NCBI GenBank assembly: GCA_951406725.2
Contig: OX597827.1
Coordinates: 22,940,001-23,004,000 of the forward strand
Direction: 5' to 3'
DNA: 64,000 bases
Source: Octopus vulgaris
Lineage: Eukaryota
In this document: piece by piece, positions 25,816-38,567 of the stretch
Layout of the letters: each line of letters opens with the position of its first letter
Numbering within the stretch: position 1 is the stretch's first letter
Program-made: the position numbers and the translations under genes
Notes under the pieces: model-generated
What the model was told of the DNA's origin: nothing
The model's database searches: none
What the model saw: the letters and a program-made list of their open reading frames with translations, nothing else

Positions 25816-27727
25816 TAATATATTAATCCCAAATTTTGGCACAAGGCCAGCAATTTTAGAGGAGGGGGTATGTTGATTATATCAACCCCAGTGCTTAACT
25901 GAGACTAATTTTATTTCCCCCCACAAAAGAATGAAAGACAAAGTCGACCTTGGTGGAATTTGAACTCAGAATGTAAAGACAGATGGAATGTTGGTAAGTG
26001 CTTTTCTCCTGCGCGCTAACCGTTCTGCCAGCTTGCTGCCTTCGTCCAGTAATATACTGACCTAATAATTAGTGCTATACACAATACATTTCTGACTCCT
26101 TTGCCAACAAAACAACAAAAACAAACACAAAAAGATAAGACACTCTTAGATAAACAATTTTTTGGTTCTACTTTATTTCTGGTAAATTCTATGAAACATT
26201 GAAATATTTTACAATTCTTGGTTTGTATTTCTTTCCATTTAAGAAAAAAAAAAAATGAAATGAAATCTTTTTTTTTTTTGACTGGGTTCAAAACCCCTTT
26301 ATTTTAAGTTAGGAAGAAATGGCAGACATGCCTTTCCCCTACATCAGTGAAGAGGTAAAGTGAAATAGCTTTAATCAGGAATTGTAACTTTGGTTTGCTA
26401 GGAAACTTAAACACCGGTTCTACAGTTCTTGTAAAATTCTTTCGATTGTATTTTGTTCAAACTTGTTCAGTTTTGGGGTTCTTCACCTCTGTTTCTCCTA
26501 TTTTTCAAATGCCTTTCACCCTTATCAGCAGATCAATACAATTGAACAAGATCAATCATTCAGTTAATGTCACAACAAAGCAGTCTCTTATAATCCTTTT
26601 TTATGGTTCTTTTCTATTTGGTTTCATTATTGAATTTAAGCAACAGTTGTTGTTGTGGTTTTGGTGTATATTTACAAAAGTTTTTTGAAACAAAATACAT
26701 TTGATTATTGCTGTTAGAGGGGGAAGATAAGGAATATGTGTGTGTATATATGTGTATATGTGTGTGTATATATGTGTGAAGGCAAATGGCCTAGTTGTTA
26801 GGTATGTTGCACTCATGAGTGTGAGGTCGAGATTTCAAATCCCAGACCAGCTGCACTTTGTGTGCTTGAGAGAAAACACTTCATTTCAGTGTTGCTCCAG
26901 TCCACACAGTTGTAAATGGGTCACCCCTGCAATGGATTAGACGTTCTAATCAAGGGGGATGGACACTGGCCTGCTCGCCTCACCAGCAGGCTGGCTTCAT
27001 TCAAAAGCTAAAACAATGCAAAGTGCATTGTGAGCAGCGATGTATAACAACATCTAATAGTATGGCCAATCACGATATATATATACATATACATATTAAC
27101 CCACAAACACAGAATGTTCATACATTAATCAAAGTATAAAGTATAATAGATCCGTTTCAGCCGATCTAACTAATCAGTTTCATACTGAGTATTAGATAAC
27201 AGGATATTGGATAATAGGATGGCTATGTGTGCAAGGGTATTCCCATTTCAACTCACTCATCTACATGCCCATTCACACATAGATGTAATAATACACTATC
27301 TCTCACACACACTTGTTCACTTAATGTGTGATTTTGCATACCAGCCTGACTAGGACATACATAATAATTCTAGATCAAATATGAACCAAAGTGAGTGAAC
27401 CCCGCCTGAAAAAACAGGGTCTAACTTCTGCATCAGAGAGGGACAAAAATCCAAGAAAGAATCTTAAAAATAATAAAACCAAATTAACATAAAAGTGTGA
27501 GATGACCACCTCACTTCCCCGATGACCACTGCCCCTCCATGATGACCGCTGCTCCTCCCTGGTGAACCACCTCACCTGTTGTATGTAATATGCACATCAA
27601 GTACTAAACCTGGAAAATTTATCTCACTTTTTGTTTTGACTAAAATATTTTCATTTAATCTTATTCCATAATTCAGCCTACAGTGTTCCCCACCAACACA
27701 CACACACATACATATATGTGTGTGTGA

Positions 27728-27770
<43 letters not shown>

Positions 27771-27894
27771 TATATACATGCACACACACATATATATGCA
27801 TATACATGTGTGTGTGTATTTACATAAATGTATGCGTATATACATATATATATATAAATGCATGTGCATGTATGCGTGAATATAGACATAGCAG

Positions 27895-28870
27895 ATTGGT
27901 AGTAGATGAAGAAAATGTCAAAGAATAGGAAAACGAAATTCTTGTGTCTCCCACTTCAGACACAAAAATGATAACCACAAAAGACTCATCGTTTCCAAGT
28001 ATTGATGACAACCTTCCATTGTCCTAGAGTTAGAATCCAAACTGTGATGCCACATGGCAAGTTGCTTCTCCAGAAACTTTGAGAAAAGTTCATAAAGAGA
28101 TTATGCAAAACCAGAAAATGAGGAAGAAATGCAGATCTTTAAAATAAAGATGAAAATTATCTGCAACAAGCAACCGAAATGCCAAAAGTCGACACTCTTG
28201 CAATAGTAAAACTGAAGAAGACAATAAGAAAGAGAAAAGATTCAGTTCCAATACTGAAAATAACCATTAAAACAACTGAAATGAAAATGGACTCTGATGA
28301 ATATCTTGCCAATTCCATTAGGTTATCTTCACAAAGAAATTCAACCAGCTCGAGTAGCAATCCTCTGTGCTTTGAAGCATGTCATTCACACAGTGCCATC
28401 CATTATTCTAATTTTGATATAGGTTCTTGTCACCTTGATGACACTAAGAAGACAACTTCTGATGACATTGGAGAATCACAAACTCATTTATTTTCATCAG
28501 GAGATTGCCAAAATGTTGACGAGGAAGTTGCTTGGAATGAAGACGAACTGTTGAATGTATCTCTTGTGGAAATTGTTTTAATCAAAAGTCACGTGGATAA
28601 TTTAAAAGAAAATTCTTTTACAATTGAAAGTGGTAATGTAAAAGTTCAAAGTCCTGAAATTCAAAATAATCTCGAAGACTCTAGCCAATCCAGTTCCAAG
28701 AAAAAAGAACTCCTAAAATTCAAAAGGTAATCTTTTCTGAAAATGCATCTTCCATTTCTAAAGACATGGATTTATCAGACAGTGAAATGCTTTCACAGTC
28801 ACAGGAAACAGATTTCAATTTAGGTACATCTAAATGTGCCAGGAATCCAACCATGACAAACCTCTCCAAG
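27895..28870 (+). pseudogene. Candidate decayed fragment of a large S/K/E/N-rich coding exon
   Basis: Codon-like composition over ~1 kb, interrupted by stops and frameshifts. Contains ORF 28179-28730. No recognisable domain. Confidence 0.4.
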
Positions 28871-29399
28871 CCTCTTTCCATTTCTGATGTTATAGACCGT
28901 TCCTCACATCCATACATTAACACAGAATAGACATAACAGTGCAATATACTTTGTGCCTAAGTTAGAAACCATTTTATTACTGGTATTTATATTACCCCTC
29001 CCCTCCCAAGGTGTGTTGAGGGGAGGGGAGAGCAGTTTTGAAGGGACGGTTTGTCCACAGCGGAATTTGAACTCAAATATACCTGAACAGAAGCAATAAC
29101 ACTGCCAAGGTTATTTGTTAGTCTGGTAGTTAATTAGACACCAGATGGGAATAAAACGAGCTCCCAAAGTGCCAAAGTTACAGAGACTGGATTAGCAAAC
29201 AAGTGGGTATTGATGGAGGCAACCATCAACAACAAATGCAGGTACACCCTCAAAAAAGGTGATTAAAGTAGAACCAGTAAGGTTTACTGACGAAGTAGCA
29301 ACATATACTTCTAATACAGGATAAAATTTTTTCAAAAATTTCATCAAGTGGCCAGCATAAGGAGGAGGAACTACGAACTCATAACATAGAGAACAAATA

Positions 29400-30020
29400 G
29401 AAATTCCTGCAGGACAGCTTGCTGAGTGCCACAAATTAAATCTGTGGCTGGTGCAAAATCCTAACCAGACCTAGGGAGATGTGGTGGTGGAATGATATAG
29501 AGAAGGCCATTAGAGCAAAGAAACAAGCCTGGAAGAAAGGAGGTAGCAGGGAACTATATCAGGTAGCTAGAAGTCAAGTGTACTTAGCCAAGGGAGAAGC
29601 AGAAAGGAGAAAGTTTACCAATGTTCTGCAACATGAGGACCAGAGGCTTCAAGTGTTTCAGGTTGAAAGACAGAGTGTCGTGATATGGTCGGGGAGAAAT
29701 GTATTCGCATGGATGATGGCTCACTTGCAGTTTGTGATTCTGCAGAGAAGGAGGCTTGGAAGTGCCACTATGAAAGGCTGCTAAAAGTAGGGAGTGCATG
29801 GGAGGAGAGCCTGTCTAATGTGGATCCAAATGGGCAGGGCTGGCTATTTGAATCAACTGTAGCTTAGGAGATGAAGCAGTTAAGGATATGAAGACAGGGA
29901 AAACCTCTGGTCCATCAGGTATTACTGTTGAGATGGTTAATATATCTGGTGGCGTGGGATATCACTTGTTCACCTGCAGAGTTAAGCAGACTGTCCACAA
30001 AGGAGTCATATCCAATGATA
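29400..30020 (+). mobile_element. RTE LINE fragment
   Basis: WWWNDIEKAIRAKKQAW and GEKCIRMDDG, homologous to 21700-22250. Confidence 0.85.
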
Positions 30021-30444
30021 CACACACACATAAATGATACCCACTCACATAAACATATGTCTAAGTAAATGTTTTCATTTTTGTATTTGGTTTAGAAGAT
30101 TCTTGATGTGAACTGCATGTTCAAACGCAAACACATTAAATAAAATGGAATCCACAGGGACCAGTGGCAGTCTGCAGTGATTCTTTCATTTCCCATCAAC
30201 TTTTCCGCCCCCAAAATGACTGTTTTCTCATTGCAATCTTTCTGTCGATTTTTCTACCCATGTAACCTAGCCATACCTGGTTGATTGTAGATAAGGCACA
30301 ACCATGCAGGAATGGTAACTTCAAATCAAAAATGTGGTTAGGCCTTTGAGTCAAAAATTAAGAATTTTGGTTCAATGCAGCAATGTACATATATGTGTGT
30401 GTGGGAGTATGTATATGCATGCACACACATATATATTCATTTAT

Positions 30445-30770
30445 TCATCATCTAACGTCCGCTTTCCATGCTGGCATGGGTTGGATGGTTTGACTGAAAA
30501 CTGGTCAGCCAGGGAGCTGCACCAGGTTCCGATCTGAATTTGACAAGATTTCAACAGGTGGACGCCCTTCGTAACACCAACCATTCCAAGAGTGTAGTAG
30601 GTACTTTTTATGTGCCACTGACCTGACACCAGCTTTGGTCATGACTACAATCTCACTTGGCTTGACCAGTCTTACACAAGCATTGTGTATTGCCAAAAGT
30701 CTCGGTCACTTGTCACTGCCTCTGTGAGGCCCAACGCTTGAACGGTGCTTTTTACATGCCACCGGCACAC
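30445..30770 (-). mobile_element. RTE 3' tail copy. Others at about 31820-31945, 39275-39460, 42765-43005, 45000-45365, 47150-47445, 54540-54895, 57255-57450, 60225-60480, 63880-64000
   Basis: Shared ...GGAAGGGCATCCAGCTGTAGAAAC...CCAACCCATGCTAGCATGGAAAGCGGACGTTAAACGATGATG terminus, matching the 3' end of the RTE. Confidence 0.88.
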
Positions 30771-31099
30771 ACACACACATATGCAGGCACATGCACACAC
30801 ACATTGCTTTAAAAACATTAAACAACAATGCAATTTATGACTAACCGCACTTGTATGAAGTTTAAGATGTTTAAGGGTTTTCTCACAAGAGCCAGAAATG
30901 AAATGAAAACTTGTATCTCAAAGAACTGGAACCCATAGCATTTCAGTTATAATATATCAAAGAATACTCAACACTTATCTATTGAGTTCTGTAATTAATT
31001 CCTTGACTGGGAATCAACAAAGATTTCTAGAGCTGCTGTGCTAAAAGTGGAGCCTTGTATAAAAGCAGATAAGTATAACTGAAGATGGATAAAAACCAA

Positions 31100-31690
31100 T
31101 TTGACTTCTTTTGGCCAAAAACAATTCTGTTAAGTATTATAGGAAGTGTAGGTTGGAGAAAAATGGAAAACTTTATAAGAAAATTGGCATAGCAAGTTCA
31201 TTTTCTTGAAAGCAGGGAGCCTGGATGTTATAAAGCTAAAAGAGTTGGCTTCAGAACATGCAAAAATCTACTGGGTAACAAAGAAATTGTAAGATTTAAA
31301 GACAATCTTTGAAACAACTTAAAAAGAACCAGGTTTCATAAGGCGCCAAACAGCTTTCATCAAAGTAAATTGAACGCCTGATATATCTACACAAATCTGA
31401 AGTTGCAGGACTCTCCAATAAACCAAAAAATTCAAATAGCAGAGAGGTCAGCACTTACATAAGGTTTTTATCAGATAATATTCATAAGAAATCTAAGAAT
31501 GTGGCTTATAGCTCCATTAATCTCGAAACCAAGGATCTAGCAATAAAGCCAAAGACAGATGATAGGTTAGAATGTCTGGTGTCCCAGTTCCTTTTATGTA
31601 ATCATTAAGGGCCACAAGATAAATTTGAGAATAACTACGTGCAGATTGATCAATGTAGCAAAGCTAAAATTAGGGATCGTTAAAATTAGT
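31100..31690 (+). mobile_element. Decayed Penelope-like element N-terminal/RT fragment
   Basis: KMENFIRKL..VHFL, and DDRLECL...IKGHKINLRI..CRLINVAKLKLG resembling the PLE motif LKDHKxNFxNxxxCRLINPAKxExG. Confidence 0.6.
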
Positions 31691-31759
31691 GATCTTTGGC
31701 TGAAATAAAATATTAGAAAAAGATAAGAATTCATAAATCACAAGAGAATGTGATATTTC

Positions 31760-32050
31760 ACTTTTTGGGAACAGTGAATCTTAAAGCATATAAAAGCTAT
31801 ACATAATAGCATGTAAATCATCATCAACATCATTTAACATCCAATTTCCATGCTGGCATGGGTTGGACGCTTTAACTGGAGCTGGCCAGCTGGGGAGCTG
31901 TATCAGACTCCAGTCATGTTTTGACATGGTTTCTAGGGTTGGATGTCAAAACCTTTTGGACAGAAAAGGTCAAAGGCTGTCCATAGGATTTGAACCCACA
32001 TCTCCTGTAAACATGACAGATGTTCTACCATTGAACCAAAGAAATCCTTT
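31760..32050 (-). mobile_element. tRNA-headed SINE (second copy at about 12690-12862), here interrupted by an RTE-tail insertion
   Basis: Head TGGTTCAATGGTAGAAC...GGTTCAAATCC on the - strand. The body is shared between the two loci. Confidence 0.7.
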
Positions 32051-33237
32051 GAATGTCTCTATCCATTTCAGAAACTTTATTCTTACCAATGAGAATGGTG
32101 TTGACATTCTATAACTTAAGCAAGGAACAACTCCACTTCCTTCAATTTATGATGTCATTTCCTTGGCAACACCCAATGCTTTTATTTATATTCCTATACA
32201 GCAAGTTATTTAGAGCAAAGAACAAAAGAAGGTGAAAGTAATCCTTCATAGCATCGTAAAAACAGTGCTGTCTCCCTCGATTGCTCATCCAGGCAAGAAT
32301 GTTAGTTAACTCGCAACATAGCGAGTGATTGTCTCTGATGCTAAAAACACTTGTAAAAATCAAATTCTATCTTTTAATTTCACCAATCATTGCTTTAAGG
32401 GAGGAGATTCACAACAGCAGGCTCCATTCTGCAGCCCACAATAATTTTACAATGGATTCTTTATGACAAACGAAAGCATTTCACCGTAACAACACCACCT
32501 ACATTACCAGCCAAACTAAAGACTAGAGATGGAAATAAAACAAACATGTAAATGAAATGATACAAAACAAAAGTAAAAAAAAAAAAAAATAAAACCAAAA
32601 ATCCAACAAATTTCTCCCAAAAATTTAATTGAAATAATTTTTTACATCCGAAGGGAGATGAGAGGAGGGGACAGAGTAGGGGTTAGATGGAGAAGATACA
32701 CCGCCAGAAATACATACACATATATATATAAATGCAAATACACATGTGTATACATACACACATCTACATATAAACACATAAGTGTATATATATATATATA
32801 TATATTAACATACACACACTCACATAGATCTATGTAAATACACAAGTATCTATGATTATATGTATACATATATATATTTATGAATCTGTATATAAGATTA
32901 ACAATGAAAGCTCTGTTAACAGCAACAAAACACACACACACACACACAATATACCCTAGCCACTAACGAACAATAGTCACCAATTGATGAACTTTGGAGA
33001 CAACAGTTCAAATTCTTTAATTTGGTGAAGAGGAATTTAACACTGCCATGCACTCGTGCACCTTGATGTCCACATTTGGCAAAAATATGGCAACAGAATC
33101 ACAGTGACCAACCACTTCATTTGATGACCAAATGTTCATGCTACTACACCAAACATTAGGGTCTAATAAGGGAATATAGAAAATAATTCTTGAGAAAGAA
33201 TTATTTTGAACAGTTGTGTCTCGTCTCCAATGGTTAA

Positions 33238-33431
33238 CACTTTAACATTCAGATTACTCTGTCAAATGTAATTCTTATTTATCCACACCATTTGGAATTA
33301 ATCCTGGATTATCTTGAAACTTTAAGATTTTGATGTGAGTAAGGTTGGTGTGAAAGGTGAGCCTTGGCCAGTATGAACATAAAACAGGTAGGATATTTTG
33401 ACCGAATATGGCCCTTTTAAATGCTAAAGGG
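33238..33431. mobile_element. piggyBac-type MITE family B (second copy at 41551-41766)
   Basis: TTAA-flanked CCCTTTAG...CTAAAGGG termini with shared internal sequence. Confidence 0.8.
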
Positions 33432-34254
33432 TTAAAAGTGAAGCTGTTCGCTACAGACACAAACATATACATATGAATGTCATATATGTATATGTGTGTG
33501 TGTATGCAGGAATAAACTAATTGATGATAGTGATAACTTATGTAAGAAGACTATATTGACACCAGTGTATGACTAGTACAATATTTTATTGGCCCCAGAA
33601 GAATGAGAAACTAAGTCATTCCTGGAAGGATTTGCCCACACGAAGGACACACCAAAGTACAATATGGCACTTTGACCATCTAACATCAACTTTGCCATTC
33701 TGACTTCCTATTGAGAATAACCAAGATAAGAATATTGATTTCTAAGATCGGCACAAAATAACAAATGTAGCAGAAGGATTTATACGATTAAACTGATGGA
33801 AGTCCCTGATTCATGCTTCATTTTAGTGAAGCCTAGAGGAAGGAAAAATTAGGATGGCCATGGTAGGATTTAAAATCAGAAGGAAAAGAATTCTAAATAC
33901 AGCAAGGCATTTTCTTGAATAGTCTAACAATTCTGCCATTCTACTGCATTAACAATATTTATATACATACATATATATATATATACACATATATATGAAT
34001 TTATATAAATAAGGATAATTTAAAATATTTTAAATTAACAATCTTATCCTTATTTATATAAATTTAAATTTATTTTGTCACTGTATTTACTGCAGTGATG
34101 TTTTAACCATATCACACATGGAATTAAACAGCAGGCATTTTGAACAAGTCATGATGCATATGTGCATATATATGTATGTATACGTTCGTATATGTAAGTA
34201 TTCGTATGTTGCATTCATATATATATATATGTATTTATGTTTCTTTCTGTGTGT

Positions 34255-34313
34255 ATTCCACTGACGAGGCAAAGCATTCCTAAATGCAAAGTCAGAAATA
34301 TGGGATCTGGAAT
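34255..34313 (+). ncRNA. Type I hammerhead ribozyme-like motif
   Basis: Stem I ATTCCA/TGGAAT, CTGACGA core, stem II GGC..GCAT/ATGC..GTC, GAAA, short stem III, ATC cleavage triplet. Confidence 0.6.
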
Positions 34314-36394
34314 TATCCAGTCATTTTTTTACTAGTTTCATCTTGTCTCTTTGTTTTCTCTCCGTGTTGCTATATGGACACTTAAGGTGGTTTTAGAGTC
34401 AGATCTTGGCTGCTATTTTCAGCACGGTGGTATCTCGTAGATACCCTAATTTATAATTATATGTATATATATATATATATATACACACACATAATTATGT
34501 ATACATATACACACACACATAAATATATACATACATATATATATACATATGCATATATATATATATATATATATACATATACACACATATACATATATGA
34601 CAAGCATACATACACACATACAAGCCTCCATTCTAGCATTACAACAATCTTAATAAACCTAACTTTCATTTTGCTAACATTGATCGTATGGCTCTCAGGT
34701 TTGGGTGTGTGTGTGTGTGTGTGAGTGTAGAGGGAGTTGGAGGAATGTTTCCAGCATTTGGAAAGAAAATTTTGGTTGAATGTTTGTCAGCAAACAGTAA
34801 GTCTTTGCACTTGTCCAGTGAACACAGGTATTGATTATTTAACAAATTGCACTTTCTCCTCAATGCCACAAAACCTTCATATATATGTATGTATATAAAT
34901 ATACATACATACATCTCAGCCCCACACGCACACGTCAAAGTCACTAGCCCTCATCTACATGCATATACATACTCTCTTATACACACGCACGCGCACTTTC
35001 ATTTTTGGATCACCACTACTTTATTATCTCCCCTTCTTCCTAGCTCTCCTGTGTGACCCCTCTGTCCGGCATTCGCCTTGATAGATCGCTAGCAACTACA
35101 CATTCTTTATTTTCTCTCCTTGTTTCTTTCTGTGGAAGAGCGTAGGCTCAAAATGTTAAAGACTTTTTCACTTCCTGAGCATTAAACCAATACATCTGTT
35201 TGTTGTCTACACTACCCATTATCGTCTTTTGTTTTTTTGTGATTTCTCCCTATACACACACACACGTCCACATGAAATACATAGTTTACATCCTTGGTTT
35301 CAAAGGATGGTATAAGCAACAACCATACTTCTTTATGTTCAAAGTTAAAGTGAACCACTCTCCACTACTCTGTTTTATTTGGAAGCTTAGAGAAGAAATG
35401 TATGAATACCTTGGAACATTTGTGATAGACAATTACGTAATCACAGGCTCTGCCACCCAGAGAAATTGCATATCCTGAATCAGTCAACCGTATTCCTTGA
35501 CCAGAAATTCAGAGCGATTTCTGTCACAAACGGACATTTAATCCTAAATCCTTTTCAACAGTCAAATCCAGAAAATAATGCCAGGAAAATCTCCTGAAGT
35601 TAACTCCTTTGACAACTGTAATCTAATCTCAAACAATTTGCAGACTTTATATTCTGTTGCACATTTATATTCCAGTGATTCTTACCAGAAGTCTGCAACA
35701 ATTTTGATCATGTGATCTGGCTGATCTAATGAGAACGAAGCTCACCAACAACCTATAACGAGCTGCCTTACAAGCCTAAAGTGGTGACTGCTTCACCTAC
35801 AGCAGACATCTAAACAATTAGACATAGAACTTTGATGGTTATGAAAAGCCAAACAATGGCTGTGTAACTCAATGAAACAGTGATGCCAACCTCTGGCAGC
35901 TGCAGCAGACATGCCTTAAGAAACTGGAAGCCAAAAGCATCCCTCTTGGCATACTATTCGCCATATATTTGGGGTAAGTTGCCCCTTTAGGTTAGCTAAA
36001 GGCATTATGAATGTGTTCAATTCCAACAAACAGAAACAGGTGTATATGTGTCTATATACATGTTAAATAATAACCTTATGAAACTTGGTGTCAAGTCAAT
36101 CTATTGTAGAGTTAGTTACCTCTTTTAGATTCAATTTGGGAAAGGCAAAATTTTTTAGAAAATGGTAAAGAACGAATACGTGTATGTGTGTGTGTGAGTT
36201 ATTTAGTGAGTGACAAGTTCAAAAGAAGCTATGTCCAGCCACTAAGAATAAAATATTGAAAGAGGAGTCTCAGGGTGAATATAATTGTTTATTTCAACAA
36301 AATACGTATTTTGTTTTGCCTATGACTCATCAGGGGCAATAAGCAAAATAGAATATATATTTTGTTGGAACCAACAATTATGGATTATATATAT

Positions 36395-36967
36395 ATATAT
36401 AATATTAGAGGAAAAAGTACAACAAAAGCTAAGGCAGGAAGAGTATTTCAAGTCATTTAGAATATATAATTAGGGTAACGTGAATTTGAAGTCCTTACAG
36501 CTGTTTCTGGGATAACCCAAGTGATAGGCTAGCATGTCTGTACACTGGGTATTCTGTCAGAGATAAGGTGAGAATGTATGAAAGTTCTAGACAGAAATTC
36601 ACAGTTTATAAGTAATAAAATAGAAGAATAAAGAGTTGAAGTAGATACAAGAATACAGATAGGAGAATAAACTTCACAGCACATCTCCACATCTTCTGCA
36701 AAACTTTATTCTCCTGTCTGTATTCTTGTATCTGCTTTTACTCTTTATTCTTCTATTTTATTCCTTATAAACTGTGAATTTCCCTGTCTAGAACTTTCTG
36801 ATGATAGAATACCCAGTGCACAGACATGCTAGCCTATCACTTGGGATATCCCAGAAACAGCTGTAAGGACATCAAATTCACGTTACCCTAATAAAACATT
36901 CTAAATGACATGAGATACTCTTCCTGCCTTAGCTTTTGTTATCCTTTTTCCTCTAATATTATATATA
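36395..36967. repeat. ~570 bp fold-back (inverted pair of Penelope-LTR-like units) in a (TA)n tract
   Basis: 36395-36670 is the near reverse complement of 36705-36967. Confidence 0.9.
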
Positions 36968-37485
36968 CCTGCTAATTCAGAAGCCTGATATGGCTCCCTA
37001 GTTCCAGCCTCAGCTGTGAACTTGGAACCTAACAGATGACCAATTTTAGCACTAAGCATACCTGTTTGTTTAGACCTCCAGGGAACTAAACCCCACATAT
37101 TCTTTATATGTGTATATATATATATATATATATACTGGTCTCCCTATGTGTGAGTGTGTGTTTCTAACCAACAGGCCTTCATATATGCACAAATACATAC
37201 ATTCTCTCACTCTCTCTTCCTCTCTCTCTCGCAGACTCTGACACACAGACAGCATAGGAAGACTGCTAAAAGTAAAAAGAAAAGATTTTTCAGCATTATT
37301 TCGAGGTGATTGGTAAGCAGTATTGAGAAATGTTACATTTACAGAAGATTGGCAGGTGTGGGAGTGGGGTGTGGGGTGGGGGCAATCATGTGGGACTCGG
37401 ACACGCGTTATATGTACATTTGCATATTTGTGTGTGTATGCAATTGAGTGAATGTGTTTGCCTGTAAGTATAGTTTGTGGCAATG

Positions 37486-37548
37486 TTATCTGATAGAATC
37501 TCCCATATTCATAAGTTCCAGCAGACATCCCATGGCACCGAAATAACC
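37486..37548 (-). CDS. PANK: Pantothenate kinase last coding exon (GYFGAMGCLLELMNMGDSIR*)
   Basis: Completes the HE-GYFGA motif. The seven exons sum to 1131 nt (376 aa + stop). Confidence 0.95.
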   Translation of the reverse strand, partial: GYFGAMGCLLELMNMGDSIR

Positions 37549-38314
37549 CTGCAAGTAGAGAAAGAGAGATAAACTGAATACAGGTGTAAACACAAACACG
37601 CAAACACACACTGTCACACACATGTGCATAGGTTTATACAGGAACACACACAAAATCGGCACTTTGTTGGTTACTACGCTAAGTTTTCCAGTTAATCTGA
37701 TCAACGGAACAACCAGCGAGTGAAATTAACATACAAGTGGCTGAGTATTCCACAGATGCATACTCTTAACATAGTTCTCAGGGAGATTCACAGAATGTGA
37801 CAGGGCTGGCCCTTTCAATTACAAGTACAATGTGTTTTTGCCAGTTGAGTGGACTGGAGCAATGTGAAATAAAGTGCCTTGCTCAAGGGTGCAATGTGTT
37901 GCCAGGTATCGAATTCCCGACCTTGCAGCCGTGAACCAAACACCCAAACCACTAAGCCATGTGTGCCTTCACACACACACATACAACATTCTCACTTGCA
38001 AACATATGGACACACACAAATACATATTGCCTCTCATACACACACACACACACACACGCCCAAATACAGATGCGCACACACAAATAGATACACAAGCACA
38101 AATACACACACACAAATACACACACACAAATACAGACACACACATGCGCAAATACAGACACACACACATACACATATATATAGACAGACACATACAACTA
38201 CAAACACATACACACAAATACAGACACACACACACCCGAATACAAGTTCTGTTACATTCCTCTCACACATACACATACTTACAGATACGTGTGCTTATTT
38301 ACAGGCACGTAGGA

Positions 38315-38402
<88 letters not shown>

Positions 38403-38441
38403 AGGAGGGTAGTGTGAGAAGGAGTAAAAGCAAATAATTAC

Positions 38442-38567
38442 CTCATGCTCTAGAAATAACGCCTTGAGGGAACCTCCAGACCAATACTCCATAGCATATG
38501 CCAGCAGTTTCATAGATATTGTGTTTACTCGGAGGAAGTTACCCACAAATACAACACGTTCCATTTT
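38442..38567 (-). CDS. PANK: Pantothenate kinase exon 6
   Basis: [39 protein letters not shown]. 126 nt. Confidence 0.96.

Noticed and set aside
31975-32047. Functional tRNA gene (also 12790-12860, 52990-53060, 58938-59000)
   Set aside because: Acceptor and anticodon stems are imperfect, and each continues into a shared repeat body, so these are SINE heads.
36290-36340. Minus-strand CTGATGAGTCATAGGC hammerhead-like core
   Set aside because: GAAA is absent and I could not form a stem I. If real, it would be a decayed PANK-sense exception to the strand bias.
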